Assembly: GCA_964421625.1 (NCBI GenBank)
Contig: CAYQXR010000001.1
Coordinates: 40,756 to 104,755, forward strand
Reading direction: 5' to 3'
Source of the DNA: an uncultured Gemmatimonadaceae bacterium
Lineage (GTDB): Bacteria > Gemmatimonadota > Gemmatimonadetes > Gemmatimonadales > GWC2-71-9
DNA: 64,000 bases
Notes under the pieces: generated by a model
Database searches by the model: none
Told to the model about the DNA's origin: nothing
Seen by the model: the letters and a program-made list of their open reading frames with translations, nothing else
Position numbers and translations under genes: made by a program
In this document: one piece after another, positions 29,148 through 36,933 of the stretch
Position numbering within the stretch: the stretch's first letter is position 1
Layout: the number at the start of each line of letters is the position of its first letter

Positions 29148-29728
29148 GCCGCCACTCCCCGCGGGCGGCTGACGTACCACGCGGCCGCTGCCAGGCCGAA
29201 GGCCAGTCCCAGGGCCAGCGCACCGAGGCCCGGCCAGGCCATGGCCACGAAGTTGAGCAACTGCTTGCTGCCGATCAGCGGCGGTTGATAGGTCATCCCC
29301 GGCACGATGATGATCGCGTTCTCCATGTCGAGGTTGTGGCCGTAGTCGTACTCCCAGCGCCAGAAGTCCACCAGGCCGACCACGCCCAGCAGGGCGAAGC
29401 CGACCAGCCAGCCGGTGAGCATCCGCCGGGTGCCCCGCCAGGCAATGGCGAAGGCGGCGAGCGAGAGGGCGCCGATCACCCACGGCATGATCCGCAGTTC
29501 GGGAATCGCGTCGGGGGTGATCGGCTTCATCCCGATGTAGTGGTTGAGGCCGTTGATGTTCTGCAGGTCATTCGGCTTGATGCCGGTGACCTTGGAGGCC
29601 CAGATCTGGAGTCCGAGCCCCTCAGGGTACTGTGGTGCACCCAGGCGCACCTCCCACAGCGGGAACAGGAGTGCCGGCAGGACCAGCACCGCAGCGACTG
29701 CGAGCAGGAAGCGCGCCCTGGTGGTCAT
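29144..29728 (-). CDS. nos-cluster integral membrane protein (NosB-like, clade II)
   Basis: 194 aa with about 4 TM segments. It lies immediately downstream of nosZ (2-nt gap), the position occupied by nosB in clade-II clusters. Assignment is by context only. Confidence 0.5.
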   Translation of the reverse strand: MTTRARFLLAVAAVLVLPALLFPLWEVRLGAPQYPEGLGLQIWASKVTGIKPNDLQNINGLNHYIGMKPITPDAIPELRIMPWVIGALSLAAFAIAWRGTRRMLTGWLVGFALLGVVGLVDFWRWEYDYGHNLDMENAIIIVPGMTYQPPLIGSKQLLNFVAMAWPGLGALALGLAFGLAAAAWYVSRPRGVAA

Positions 29729-29729
29729 C

Positions 29730-31766
29730 TCAGCGCTCCCCGTCCTTGCCGTGCTGGTGCACGGCCGGGGCCGCCGACGGATTCACGTACTTGCCAGCCC
29801 GGTCCTGCTGGGTGGCCGCGCGGTCACTGACTGCGAAGGTGATCGGCGTGTTGCTGCCGCGCGCCCCGACCCGGACATACCCCTGCATCTCCTGGTGCAG
29901 CGCGCTGCAGAAGTCGGTGCAGTAGAACGGGTACACGCCGGGCTGGGTCGGCACCCAGGTGATGGTCCGGGTCTCGCCGGGCTGCAGGATCAACTCGGCG
30001 GTGTTCATGCCGAGCACCGCGAAGCCATGGAGAATGTCCCAGTCCTGTTCGACGTTGGTGACATGCCAGTAGACGGTGTCGCCCACTTCGATGCCGTTGA
30101 TCACGTCGGGCGCGAAGTGCGAGCGGATGGCCATCATCTTCACGTGGACGTTCTTGCCGCGCCGTTCCACGCCCGCTTCGGCCGCCGCCCGCACCACCCA
30201 CGGATGCTTGTTGTCGGCCAGCGAGAAGAACTTGATCTGCTTGTCCTTGATCAGACTGGCCGGCAGGGCCTGGGCGTAGTGCGGCTCTCCCATGGTCGGG
30301 AAGTCGAGCAGGAGCTGCATCTTCTCGCCGCTGATGTCGATCAACTGCGCCGCGTGGGCCAGCTCACCGCCGGTGGGGAGGTAGCGGTCCTTGGTGATCT
30401 TGTTCATGGCCACCAGGTACTTGCCCCAGGGCTTCACGCCGTCGCCGCCGGGGATCATCAGGTGACCCACCGAGTAGTAGACCGGGATCCGGTCGACGAT
30501 CTCCCAGGTGCCCAGCTTCCACTTCACCACTTCGGACGAGATGAACATGGTGGTGTAGGCGTTGCCCTTGCCGTCGAACTCGGTGTGCAGCGGGCCCAGG
30601 CCCGGCTTGTCGACTTCCCCTGCAATGGTGGACTCGTACTTCAGGATCGGCGAGCCGTCGAGTTCCCCGTCGAAGTCCTTGGCTTCGATGGCCTTGATCA
30701 TCTTCGAGAACGAATGCACCGGGATCAGCGAGGCGAGCTTGCCGCCGCCGACGATGTATTCGCCGCTGGGATCCACGTCGACGCCATGCGGCGACTTGGG
30801 GGTCGGCAGGAAGTACAGCATGCCCGGGCAGTCCTTCGGGACCAGCATCTTCACGGAGGTCCGCATCTCGCTGCGGGCGGTCCGGGTGGCCGGGTCCACA
30901 TGGTTGTGGGCATAGCGGGCCGGGGCGGTCTTCGCCTTGCCGTCCGCCACGCACTTCTCGGCCAGCTTCCAGTTGATCGCCGCGATGTAGTCCTTGTCGT
31001 TCTTCGAGGCGTTCAGTTCCAGCTTGGTATAGGCCAGCTCGGAGTTGTAGCTGGTGAAGAAGAACCAGCCTTCCGACACGGCCTTGCCGGCCCGGCCGAG
31101 GTCGTAGTTGTACCCGGGCATCAGAACCTGGAAGGCGACCTCCATCTTGCCGGGTTCATTCGCCTTCACGAACGACACCGAGCCCTTGAAGTTGCTGGCG
31201 TAGGTCTCGATCGGTACGTCAGCGTTGGGGATCGGCACCGAGAAGCGCACCGCCGAGACCACGTACTCCGAGTTCGGAGTGACGAAGGGCGAGGCGTGCC
31301 CGCCGGCCGAATGCGGGATCTCGATGATCTCGTCGGTCTCGAAGGTGGTCAGGTCGATCCGGGCAATCCGCGGCGTGTTGTTGCCGTTGATGAAGAGCCA
31401 GCGCCCGTCCGGCATGCCGGCCGTCTGCGAGAGCTGCGGATGATGGGTGTCGTCCCACGGCACGAAGCCGTAGGAGGTCTCCAGCATCGGCTTGGTCTCC
31501 TCGTTGTAGCCCCAGCCGTTCTCGGGGTGCTGCGAGAAGACGGGCACCGTCTTGATGAGCCGGCCCGACGGCAGCCCGTACACGGTGATCTGGCCGCTGA
31601 AGCCGCCCGACTTGAAGGAGTAGAACTCGTCGTGCTCGCCCGGTGCGACGTAGACCCGCTGGGCGGCGTCGCCGCTCAGGAGCTGCTGGGGCGACCCCGA
31701 GTTGCACCCGCTCAGCGCCGCCGCAGCGACAAGGAGCGGAAGGGTGATGAACGGTCGATGACGCAT
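29730..31766 (-). CDS. nosZ: nitrous-oxide reductase NosZ, Sec/lipoprotein-type (clade II)
   Basis: The N-terminus MRHRPFITLPLLVAAAALSGC has a lipobox and no twin-arginine. CuZ-region motif WDDTHHP. The C-terminal CuA site is FYCTDFCSALHQEMQGY, followed by a ~45-aa tail without CxxCH. Confidence 0.95.
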   Translation of the reverse strand: MRHRPFITLPLLVAAAALSGCNSGSPQQLLSGDAAQRVYVAPGEHDEFYSFKSGGFSGQITVYGLPSGRLIKTVPVFSQHPENGWGYNEETKPMLETSYGFVPWDDTHHPQLSQTAGMPDGRWLFINGNNTPRIARIDLTTFETDEIIEIPHSAGGHASPFVTPNSEYVVSAVRFSVPIPNADVPIETYASNFKGSVSFVKANEPGKMEVAFQVLMPGYNYDLGRAGKAVSEGWFFFTSYNSELAYTKLELNASKNDKDYIAAINWKLAEKCVADGKAKTAPARYAHNHVDPATRTARSEMRTSVKMLVPKDCPGMLYFLPTPKSPHGVDVDPSGEYIVGGGKLASLIPVHSFSKMIKAIEAKDFDGELDGSPILKYESTIAGEVDKPGLGPLHTEFDGKGNAYTTMFISSEVVKWKLGTWEIVDRIPVYYSVGHLMIPGGDGVKPWGKYLVAMNKITKDRYLPTGGELAHAAQLIDISGEKMQLLLDFPTMGEPHYAQALPASLIKDKQIKFFSLADNKHPWVVRAAAEAGVERRGKNVHVKMMAIRSHFAPDVINGIEVGDTVYWHVTNVEQDWDILHGFAVLGMNTAELILQPGETRTITWVPTQPGVYPFYCTDFCSALHQEMQGYVRVGARGSNTPITFAVSDRAATQQDRAGKYVNPSAAPAVHQHGKDGER

Positions 31767-31861
31767 GCCTGCCTCTTCCGATGGGGTCCCGAGGGACCGG
31801 TCTCTGCCAACCGCAGTTACGGTGGCACAGAGGAAGAGTCGTGCAGATGGCGGGGGGGCGC

Positions 31862-31877
31862 CGTGACGGTTGTCACA
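31862..31877. promoter_or_regulatory. Crp/Fnr-type box CGTGAC-GGTT-GTCACA upstream of nosZ
   Basis: It matches 11/12 arm positions of the perfect palindrome at 33195..33210. Its centre lies about 103 nt upstream of the nosZ ATG. Confidence 0.55.
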
Positions 31878-31918
31878 CGGGGGTTTTGAGGTGCTGCGGG
31901 GCGGCTGGACCGGTGGTG

Positions 31919-32356
31919 CTACTGCCGATTCCCGGCGCCGGCCGCACGGATTCGGGGGCGCAGTGCCAACACGCCAGCCAGCAGGCCCAGCACCTGGAGC
32001 AGGCCACCGGTCACGGTGGCGAGGCGCCAGCCCAGCGCGGGGTGCGTGGCGGTGACGATCTCACCGACCCCCCGGAGCGTGGTGCCTGCCGACAGGCACC
32101 ACCAGGCCATCTCGCCGTGCCAGGCGCGGACCCGGGGGTCGTCGGCCCGCGGCCGTGGGAACAGCCAGATGGCCGTGCCGAGGATGACGTGGAGCACGCT
32201 GCCAGCCAGCAGCAGGTGTGCATGGGCGCTGATGAGATGCGGGGCCGGCCACTGGTGGAGCAGGTCACGACGGACCAGCATCCAGAGACCGAGCCCCAGA
32301 CCCCAGACGAGAAAGACGAGTGCCGCAGCGAAAAAGCGTCGGGAGAGCGCCGACAC
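31919..32356 (-). CDS. 4-TM membrane protein resembling heme-copper oxidase subunit I helices X-XII (paralogue B)
   Basis: The GTG start abuts the stop of the upstream paralogue. HAHLLLAGSVLHVILGTAIWLFPR aligns with HIHMLTLGFVTMMIAGVAYHVFPR of the neighbouring gene. Confidence 0.6.
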   Translation of the reverse strand: MSALSRRFFAAALVFLVWGLGLGLWMLVRRDLLHQWPAPHLISAHAHLLLAGSVLHVILGTAIWLFPRPRADDPRVRAWHGEMAWWCLSAGTTLRGVGEIVTATHPALGWRLATVTGGLLQVLGLLAGVLALRPRIRAAGAGNRQ

Positions 32357-32815
32357 TCAGCGCCCGCCCGGCTCCACGGTCGGCATCGGACGCAGCGGCG
32401 GCAGCCGGTTCGGCAGCACTGCGGCCTTGTCCAGCGTCCGCCAGAGGTTCCAGGCCAGGCAGTAAGCCCCCGCCACGGAGCAGAGCGCCCCGGCGGCCAG
32501 CAGGGCTCTCGTGGCGCTGCCGCCGTTGGCCCGCACCGCGAACCCGGTTGCCAGCAGCGCCAACCCCACGTTGGCCAGCACCAGATGAATCCGGGCCAGG
32601 TTGCGCGAGTGCAGCGGCGTGGCGGCGAACCGCGGGAACACATGGTACGCCACCCCCGCAATCATCATGGTGACGAAGCCGAGCGTCAGCATGTGGATGT
32701 GGACGGTGCGGTAGATGATGAAGGCGGGGAAGGTCGCCATCGTGAGCCCGAGCGTCACCCCGGCTACCAGCCAGCAGAGCGAGGCCCGCAGAAAGCCCAG
32801 GACGTGCGTTTCCAC
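32357..32815 (-). CDS. 4-TM membrane protein resembling heme-copper oxidase subunit I helices X-XII (paralogue A)
   Basis: VHIHMLTLGFVTMMIAGVAYHVFPRF...LARIHLVLANVGLA is compared with COX1 [26 protein letters not shown]...WAKIHFAIMFVGVN (recalled from memory). There are four predicted TM helices. Confidence 0.6.
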   Translation of the reverse strand: METHVLGFLRASLCWLVAGVTLGLTMATFPAFIIYRTVHIHMLTLGFVTMMIAGVAYHVFPRFAATPLHSRNLARIHLVLANVGLALLATGFAVRANGGSATRALLAAGALCSVAGAYCLAWNLWRTLDKAAVLPNRLPPLRPMPTVEPGGR

Positions 32816-32816
32816 C

Positions 32817-33137
32817 TCAGCACCCGGCGCAGCAGGCGTTGACCAGCGACACCTCGATCACCAGACCGAGGTCGCCCGCACTCACCGCATGCGGTGCGTC
32901 CGGTTCGAGCTGCACGAAATCGCCTTCGACCAGCGGGCGCTCCTCGTCGCCGCAGGTGAGGCGTCCGGCGCCCTGACGGACCCGGATCGAGACGCGCGAG
33001 GGGTTGCGGTGGGTGGGGAGGGACTGGCCCGGCAGGAAGGTCAGAATCGAGACGCGCCCGGCGATGGGATCCTCGGTCACCTGGACGGAGGGACGCTCGG
33101 GGCGCGGCATGGCGCAGGCGGGGGCTTCAGTAGACAT
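32817..33137 (-). CDS. cupin domain protein with C-terminal Cys-rich tail
   Basis: 106 aa with a cupin-like core (LPGQSLPTHRNPSRVSIRVRQGAGRL...GDFVQLEPDAPHAV). It ends in NACCAGC. It lies 1 nt upstream of the first 4-TM gene. Confidence 0.65.
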   Translation of the reverse strand: MSTEAPACAMPRPERPSVQVTEDPIAGRVSILTFLPGQSLPTHRNPSRVSIRVRQGAGRLTCGDEERPLVEGDFVQLEPDAPHAVSAGDLGLVIEVSLVNACCAGC

Positions 33138-33194
33138 GCGGAGAGACTCCGGTTCAAGGAGCTGAAGAGATCACCTCCCGGCCACCGCCGCGTC

Positions 33195-33210
33195 TGTGAC
33201 GCTTGTCACA
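33195..33210. promoter_or_regulatory. perfect Crp-type palindrome TGTGAC-GCTT-GTCACA
   Basis: It sits in the divergent region between the cupin operon (ATG 33137) and the Crp/Fnr gene, and overlaps that gene's first candidate start codon (GTG 33196). Confidence 0.65.
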
Positions 33211-33936
33211 CTCCCCGACGGGCCCGATATTGGGGGCGTGTCCTCCCTGGTCCCGATCCTCCGCGGCCTGCCGTTCTTTGCCGGTGTGCGCGACGCCACG
33301 CTCGAGCGCCTCGCGGCCCGCTGCATTCCCCGTGAAGTGGGTGAAGGCTTCCCGCTGTTCCGCGCGGGCGACCCCTGCGGCGGTCTGTACCTGGTGCTGC
33401 ATGGCCGGGTGCGCATCTACCGCACCGCCCCCGACGGACGGGAACAGACGCTGGCCGTCGAGGGCCCCGGTCGTCCGGTGGCCGAGCTGCCGCTGTTCGA
33501 CGGCGGTCCCTATCCGGCCTCGGCGGTGACCGTCATCCCCTCACGCCTGGCCTTCCTGCCGCGCGCCGAGTTCACTCACGCCTTCCGGACCGAACCCGAG
33601 GTCGCCATGGCCGTGGTCACCGCCCTCGGCGCGCGCCTGCGGCACCTGGTGCAACTGATCGAGACGGTGGCCTTCCGCGATGTCGCGGCCCGGCTCGCCA
33701 TGCACCTGGCGGAGTATGCCGAGCAGCACGGCACCGTGCAGGGCGATGTGGTGGTGCTGGAACTCGATCGGACCCAGGATCAGCTCGCCACCGAGATCGG
33801 CACGGCCCGGGAATCGGTCTCGCGGGCGCTCAAACAGTTGCGGGCCGCCGGCCTGATCCGGGCCCGCAGTGGGCATCGGCTGACCGTGGCCCCCCCGGCG
33901 TACCTCCGGGCCTGGGCCCGCGGTGAACCTCACTGA
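33196..33936 (+). CDS. Crp/Fnr family transcriptional regulator
   Basis: cNMP-binding-like domain (ILRGLPFFAGV...GGLYLVLHGRVRIY) and a C-terminal HTH (QDQLATEIGTARESVSRALKQLRAAGLI). There is no N-terminal Cys cluster. An alternative start is GTG 33238. Confidence 0.88.
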   Translation: MTLVTLPDGPDIGGVSSLVPILRGLPFFAGVRDATLERLAARCIPREVGEGFPLFRAGDPCGGLYLVLHGRVRIYRTAPDGREQTLAVEGPGRPVAELPLFDGGPYPASAVTVIPSRLAFLPRAEFTHAFRTEPEVAMAVVTALGARLRHLVQLIETVAFRDVAARLAMHLAEYAEQHGTVQGDVVVLELDRTQDQLATEIGTARESVSRALKQLRAAGLIRARSGHRLTVAPPAYLRAWARGEPH

Positions 33937-33949
33937 GACTTGCGTCACA
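33934..33949. promoter_or_regulatory. Crp/Fnr-type box TGAGAC-TTGC-GTCACA upstream of DUF2249 gene
   Basis: 11/12 arm positions match the palindrome. It overlaps the crp stop codon. Its centre is about 74 nt upstream of ATG 34016. Confidence 0.5.
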
Positions 33950-34015
33950 GTGGCGCGGTCAGGTCGGTGCGATCTTGAGGCCATGGCCGTCTCGCCCTGC
34001 CACCACGGATTCCCG

Positions 34016-34516
34016 ATGCACCCCTCTTTTGATCCCAACACGATTGTCGATCTCGATGTCCGCGCCACGCTGCGGGCCGGCCAGGAGCCGCTCCCGCAGA
34101 TCCTGGCCGCGGTGCGGGACCTGCCGCCCGATGGCGTGCTCCACCTGCGGACCTCGTTCATTCCGGCACCCCTGCTGACCCTGCTCGCGCAGCAGGGCTT
34201 CCAGCACCATACCGAGGCCTTCGCCGACAGCGACTGCTCAACCTGGTTCTGGCGCGGCGCCACACCGGACCGGCCGCCACCACCGGCCGAACCGGGCATC
34301 CCGGTGGTGGAGGACGTCACCGACCTCCGCCTGCTGCCGCCGCCCCAACCCATGCTCTGGATCGTGGAGCGACTGGAACAGGGCATCGACGCGCTGGAGG
34401 TGTATCTGCCCTTCTACCCCGAACCGCTCCTGCCGGTCCTGGCGCGATACAACTACGGTCTGGAACTGGTGCAGCAGGGGAGCGACGGGGTCCACGTGCG
34501 GATCGCGCGGCGCTGA
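34016..34516 (+). CDS. tandem DUF2249 domain protein
   Basis: Two DUF2249-like modules: LDVRATLRAGQEPLPQILAAVRDLPPDGVLHLRTSFIPAPLL, and DLRLLPPPQPMLWIVERLEQGIDALEVYLPFYPEPLLPVL. Alternative starts are 33983 and 33923. Confidence 0.65.
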   Translation: MHPSFDPNTIVDLDVRATLRAGQEPLPQILAAVRDLPPDGVLHLRTSFIPAPLLTLLAQQGFQHHTEAFADSDCSTWFWRGATPDRPPPPAEPGIPVVEDVTDLRLLPPPQPMLWIVERLEQGIDALEVYLPFYPEPLLPVLARYNYGLELVQQGSDGVHVRIARR

Positions 34517-34549
34517 GGCGCCGCGCTCCCGGCCGTCACGGGTGGGTCG

Positions 34550-35602
34550 TCAGCGCCGTCCGACGGTGTCGAGGGAGGCGCGCATCAGCTCCACCTGCTG
34601 GACGCCCTGACCCCGGGCCACCATGCGGCCGATGACGCCCGGCTCCAGCACCATGGTGAAGGATGGGTCGAGGCGGGTCGCAGCCAGGACCGCGCCCGTC
34701 GCCGGGTCGATGACCTCGAGCATGGTGTCGTAGAGCCGATCGGGGTCGGCAATGATGACGGCCGGGGCCCCGTCGCCGATACCACCCGGGAGCAGTCCGT
34801 CGCGCCAGTTGGGGTCGGCCATCTTGCCCATGATCCAGAGGCGCCCGGCCTCGTCCTCCCAGCCATCGACCAGGGTCGGCAGTGGCGCGGCGTCGAGCTG
34901 CGGCCCGCGGTACTGCTGATAGACCGGGTACCACTCGGGCGAGCGATCAATGGCGCGGACAAACGCTCCAGCGGTGTCCCACTGTTCCACTCGCCATTGG
35001 CGCTGCATCAGCACCGCCCAGATCCGGCCATCCCGCCCCGGAATGAGCTGGCGCAGCCCCGGATCGACCCGGTTGCCCGCCCGGAACGCCCGGCGCAGCC
35101 GCCCCTCGGGATCCAGGTGCCGCAGCGCCACGGAATCGCCGGAGCTGGCGGTGCTCACCAGCACGGACCCGTCGGGGAGAATGACGGCATCCCAGGGATT
35201 GGCCGAGAGCGTGAACGACCGGACGTACTGGCCTTCAGTGTCGAAGATCAGCACCCGGCGGTTGGCATCGAAGATCCAGATGGAATCGCCCGGCCCGAAC
35301 CGCGCGAACAGCGGGCGATCAAACCCCTCCGCCCGCCGCCCCCAGCTTCCCAGGTCGTTGAGGTGCCGCCCCTGGGCATCAAAGCGGGCCGGCAGCGCCT
35401 GCATGCCCCCCAGTTGCGGGATGACCACGCGAAAACCGGCCGGGTGCAGATCGCTGACCCGTGCGGCGCTGCGGAAGGCCATGGCACCGGCCGTATCGCC
35501 GATGGTGCCGATGGGATCGAGACGGATCGGCGCCAGTTCGCGACCGGAACCGCCGCAGGCAACAGTGGCCAGCGCGAGGCAGGCAAGACAGAGACGGATC
35601 AT
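34550..35602 (-). CDS. hypothetical lipoprotein, probable beta-propeller
   Basis: ATG at 35602 gives MIRLCLACLALATVACGG (lipobox). It has a repeated strand pattern. The longer track ORF would overlap rocD. Confidence 0.5.
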   Translation of the reverse strand: MIRLCLACLALATVACGGSGRELAPIRLDPIGTIGDTAGAMAFRSAARVSDLHPAGFRVVIPQLGGMQALPARFDAQGRHLNDLGSWGRRAEGFDRPLFARFGPGDSIWIFDANRRVLIFDTEGQYVRSFTLSANPWDAVILPDGSVLVSTASSGDSVALRHLDPEGRLRRAFRAGNRVDPGLRQLIPGRDGRIWAVLMQRQWRVEQWDTAGAFVRAIDRSPEWYPVYQQYRGPQLDAAPLPTLVDGWEDEAGRLWIMGKMADPNWRDGLLPGGIGDGAPAVIIADPDRLYDTMLEVIDPATGAVLAATRLDPSFTMVLEPGVIGRMVARGQGVQQVELMRASLDTVGRR

Positions 35603-35661
35603 GGCGGAATATACCGGCCCCGCCCGGCAGGGCGTTGGTCCTGCCCCCGCCCCGTCCCGGC

Positions 35662-36879
35662 TCAGGCGCTGGTCAGCACCTCGATCACCTGATCGGCCAT
35701 CCACGCCAGGTCGGCCTCGGCGATCACCAGCGGCGGCGCCAGCCGGATGACGACCTCATGCGTCTCCTTGCAGAGTACGCCGCGCTCGGCCAGCCGTTCA
35801 CAGAAGGACCGGGCGGGCACGGTCAGCTCGATGCCGATCAGCAGGCCCCGGCCCCGGATTTCGCGCACCATCGGCGAGGACACGGCCCGCAGGCGCGCCA
35901 ACAGGGCCGCGCCCAATCGGGCCGCGCGCTCCGCCAGTGCCTCGTCCTCCAGAATGGCCAGCGCGGTCCGGGCCACGGCGCACCCCAGCGGATTGCCCCC
36001 GTAGGTGCTGCCGTGGCTGCCCGGCTCAAACAGCCCCAGTACGTCGCGCCGCCCGACCACGGCTGAGACCGGATAGGCCCCGCCCGACAGGGCCTTGCCG
36101 AGAATGAGCAGGTCGGGTTGTACCCCTTCGTGGTCGCAGGCGAAGCGCGCGCCCGTGCGCCCGAGGCCGGTCTGGATCTCATCGGCCATCAGCAGCACGC
36201 CCGCGTCGCGACAGATCGCCGCCACCTCGCGCAGGTAGCCGTCGGGTGGGATCAGGATGCCGGCTTCACACTGGATCGGTTCGAGCAGCACACCACAGGT
36301 GCGCGGCGTGATGGCGGCGCGGATGGCGGCCGCATCGCCGAAGGGCACGGTCACGAATCCGGGTGTGAACGGGCCGAAGTCCCGACGGTACGCCTCCTCC
36401 GACGAGAAGCTGACGATGGTGGTGGTGCGGCCGTGGAAGTTGTTGGCGCAGACGATGATCTCCGCCTGGTCCGCCGCGATGCCGCGCGCGCGATAGCCCC
36501 AGCGCCGCGCCGCCTTGATCGCCGTCTCGACCGCTTCGGCGCCGGTGTTCATGGGGAGGACCATGTCGAGTCCGGAGAGCGCCGACAGGTCGCGGCAGAA
36601 AAGCGGCAACTGATCGTTGCGGAAGGCCCGCGAGGTGAGCGTGACCCGCTCGGCCTGTTCGATCAGCGTGCGGGTGAGCCGCGGATGCGCGTGCCCCAAA
36701 TTGACGGCGGAGTACGAACTGAGGCAGTCCAGGTACCGGCGCCCACCGACATCTTCGAGCCACGCCCCCTCGGCGCGCGCGACCACGATGTCCAGCGGAT
36801 GGTAGTTGTGGGCGCCGTGCTGTTCCTCGAGGGCGATCAGGTCAGCGGCGGTCAGCGATGGGGCAGGTGCAGTCGACAC
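35662..36879 (-). CDS. rocD: ornithine--oxo-acid aminotransferase
   Basis: HGAHNYHPLDIVVARAEGAWLEDVGGRRYLDCLSSYSAVNLGHAHP, and the class-III PLP aminotransferase region LLMADEIQTGLGRTG...LILGKALSGG. Confidence 0.88.
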   Translation of the reverse strand: MSTAPAPSLTAADLIALEEQHGAHNYHPLDIVVARAEGAWLEDVGGRRYLDCLSSYSAVNLGHAHPRLTRTLIEQAERVTLTSRAFRNDQLPLFCRDLSALSGLDMVLPMNTGAEAVETAIKAARRWGYRARGIAADQAEIIVCANNFHGRTTTIVSFSSEEAYRRDFGPFTPGFVTVPFGDAAAIRAAITPRTCGVLLEPIQCEAGILIPPDGYLREVAAICRDAGVLLMADEIQTGLGRTGARFACDHEGVQPDLLILGKALSGGAYPVSAVVGRRDVLGLFEPGSHGSTYGGNPLGCAVARTALAILEDEALAERAARLGAALLARLRAVSSPMVREIRGRGLLIGIELTVPARSFCERLAERGVLCKETHEVVIRLAPPLVIAEADLAWMADQVIEVLTSA

Positions 36880-36933
36880 GGGATTCTCCCGAACAGGTAT
36901 CTCCCCAATATGGCCCGGGGCGCTGCCCGATGC

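Noticed and set aside
31786-31800. The short palindrome GGTCCC-ga-GGGACC just upstream of the nosZ start, read as a regulatory hairpin or operator.
   Set aside because: A 6-bp GC stem with a 2-nt loop is sterically poor as an RNA hairpin. It is also easily produced by chance in GC-rich DNA, and it has no second copy. It is not reported as a feature.
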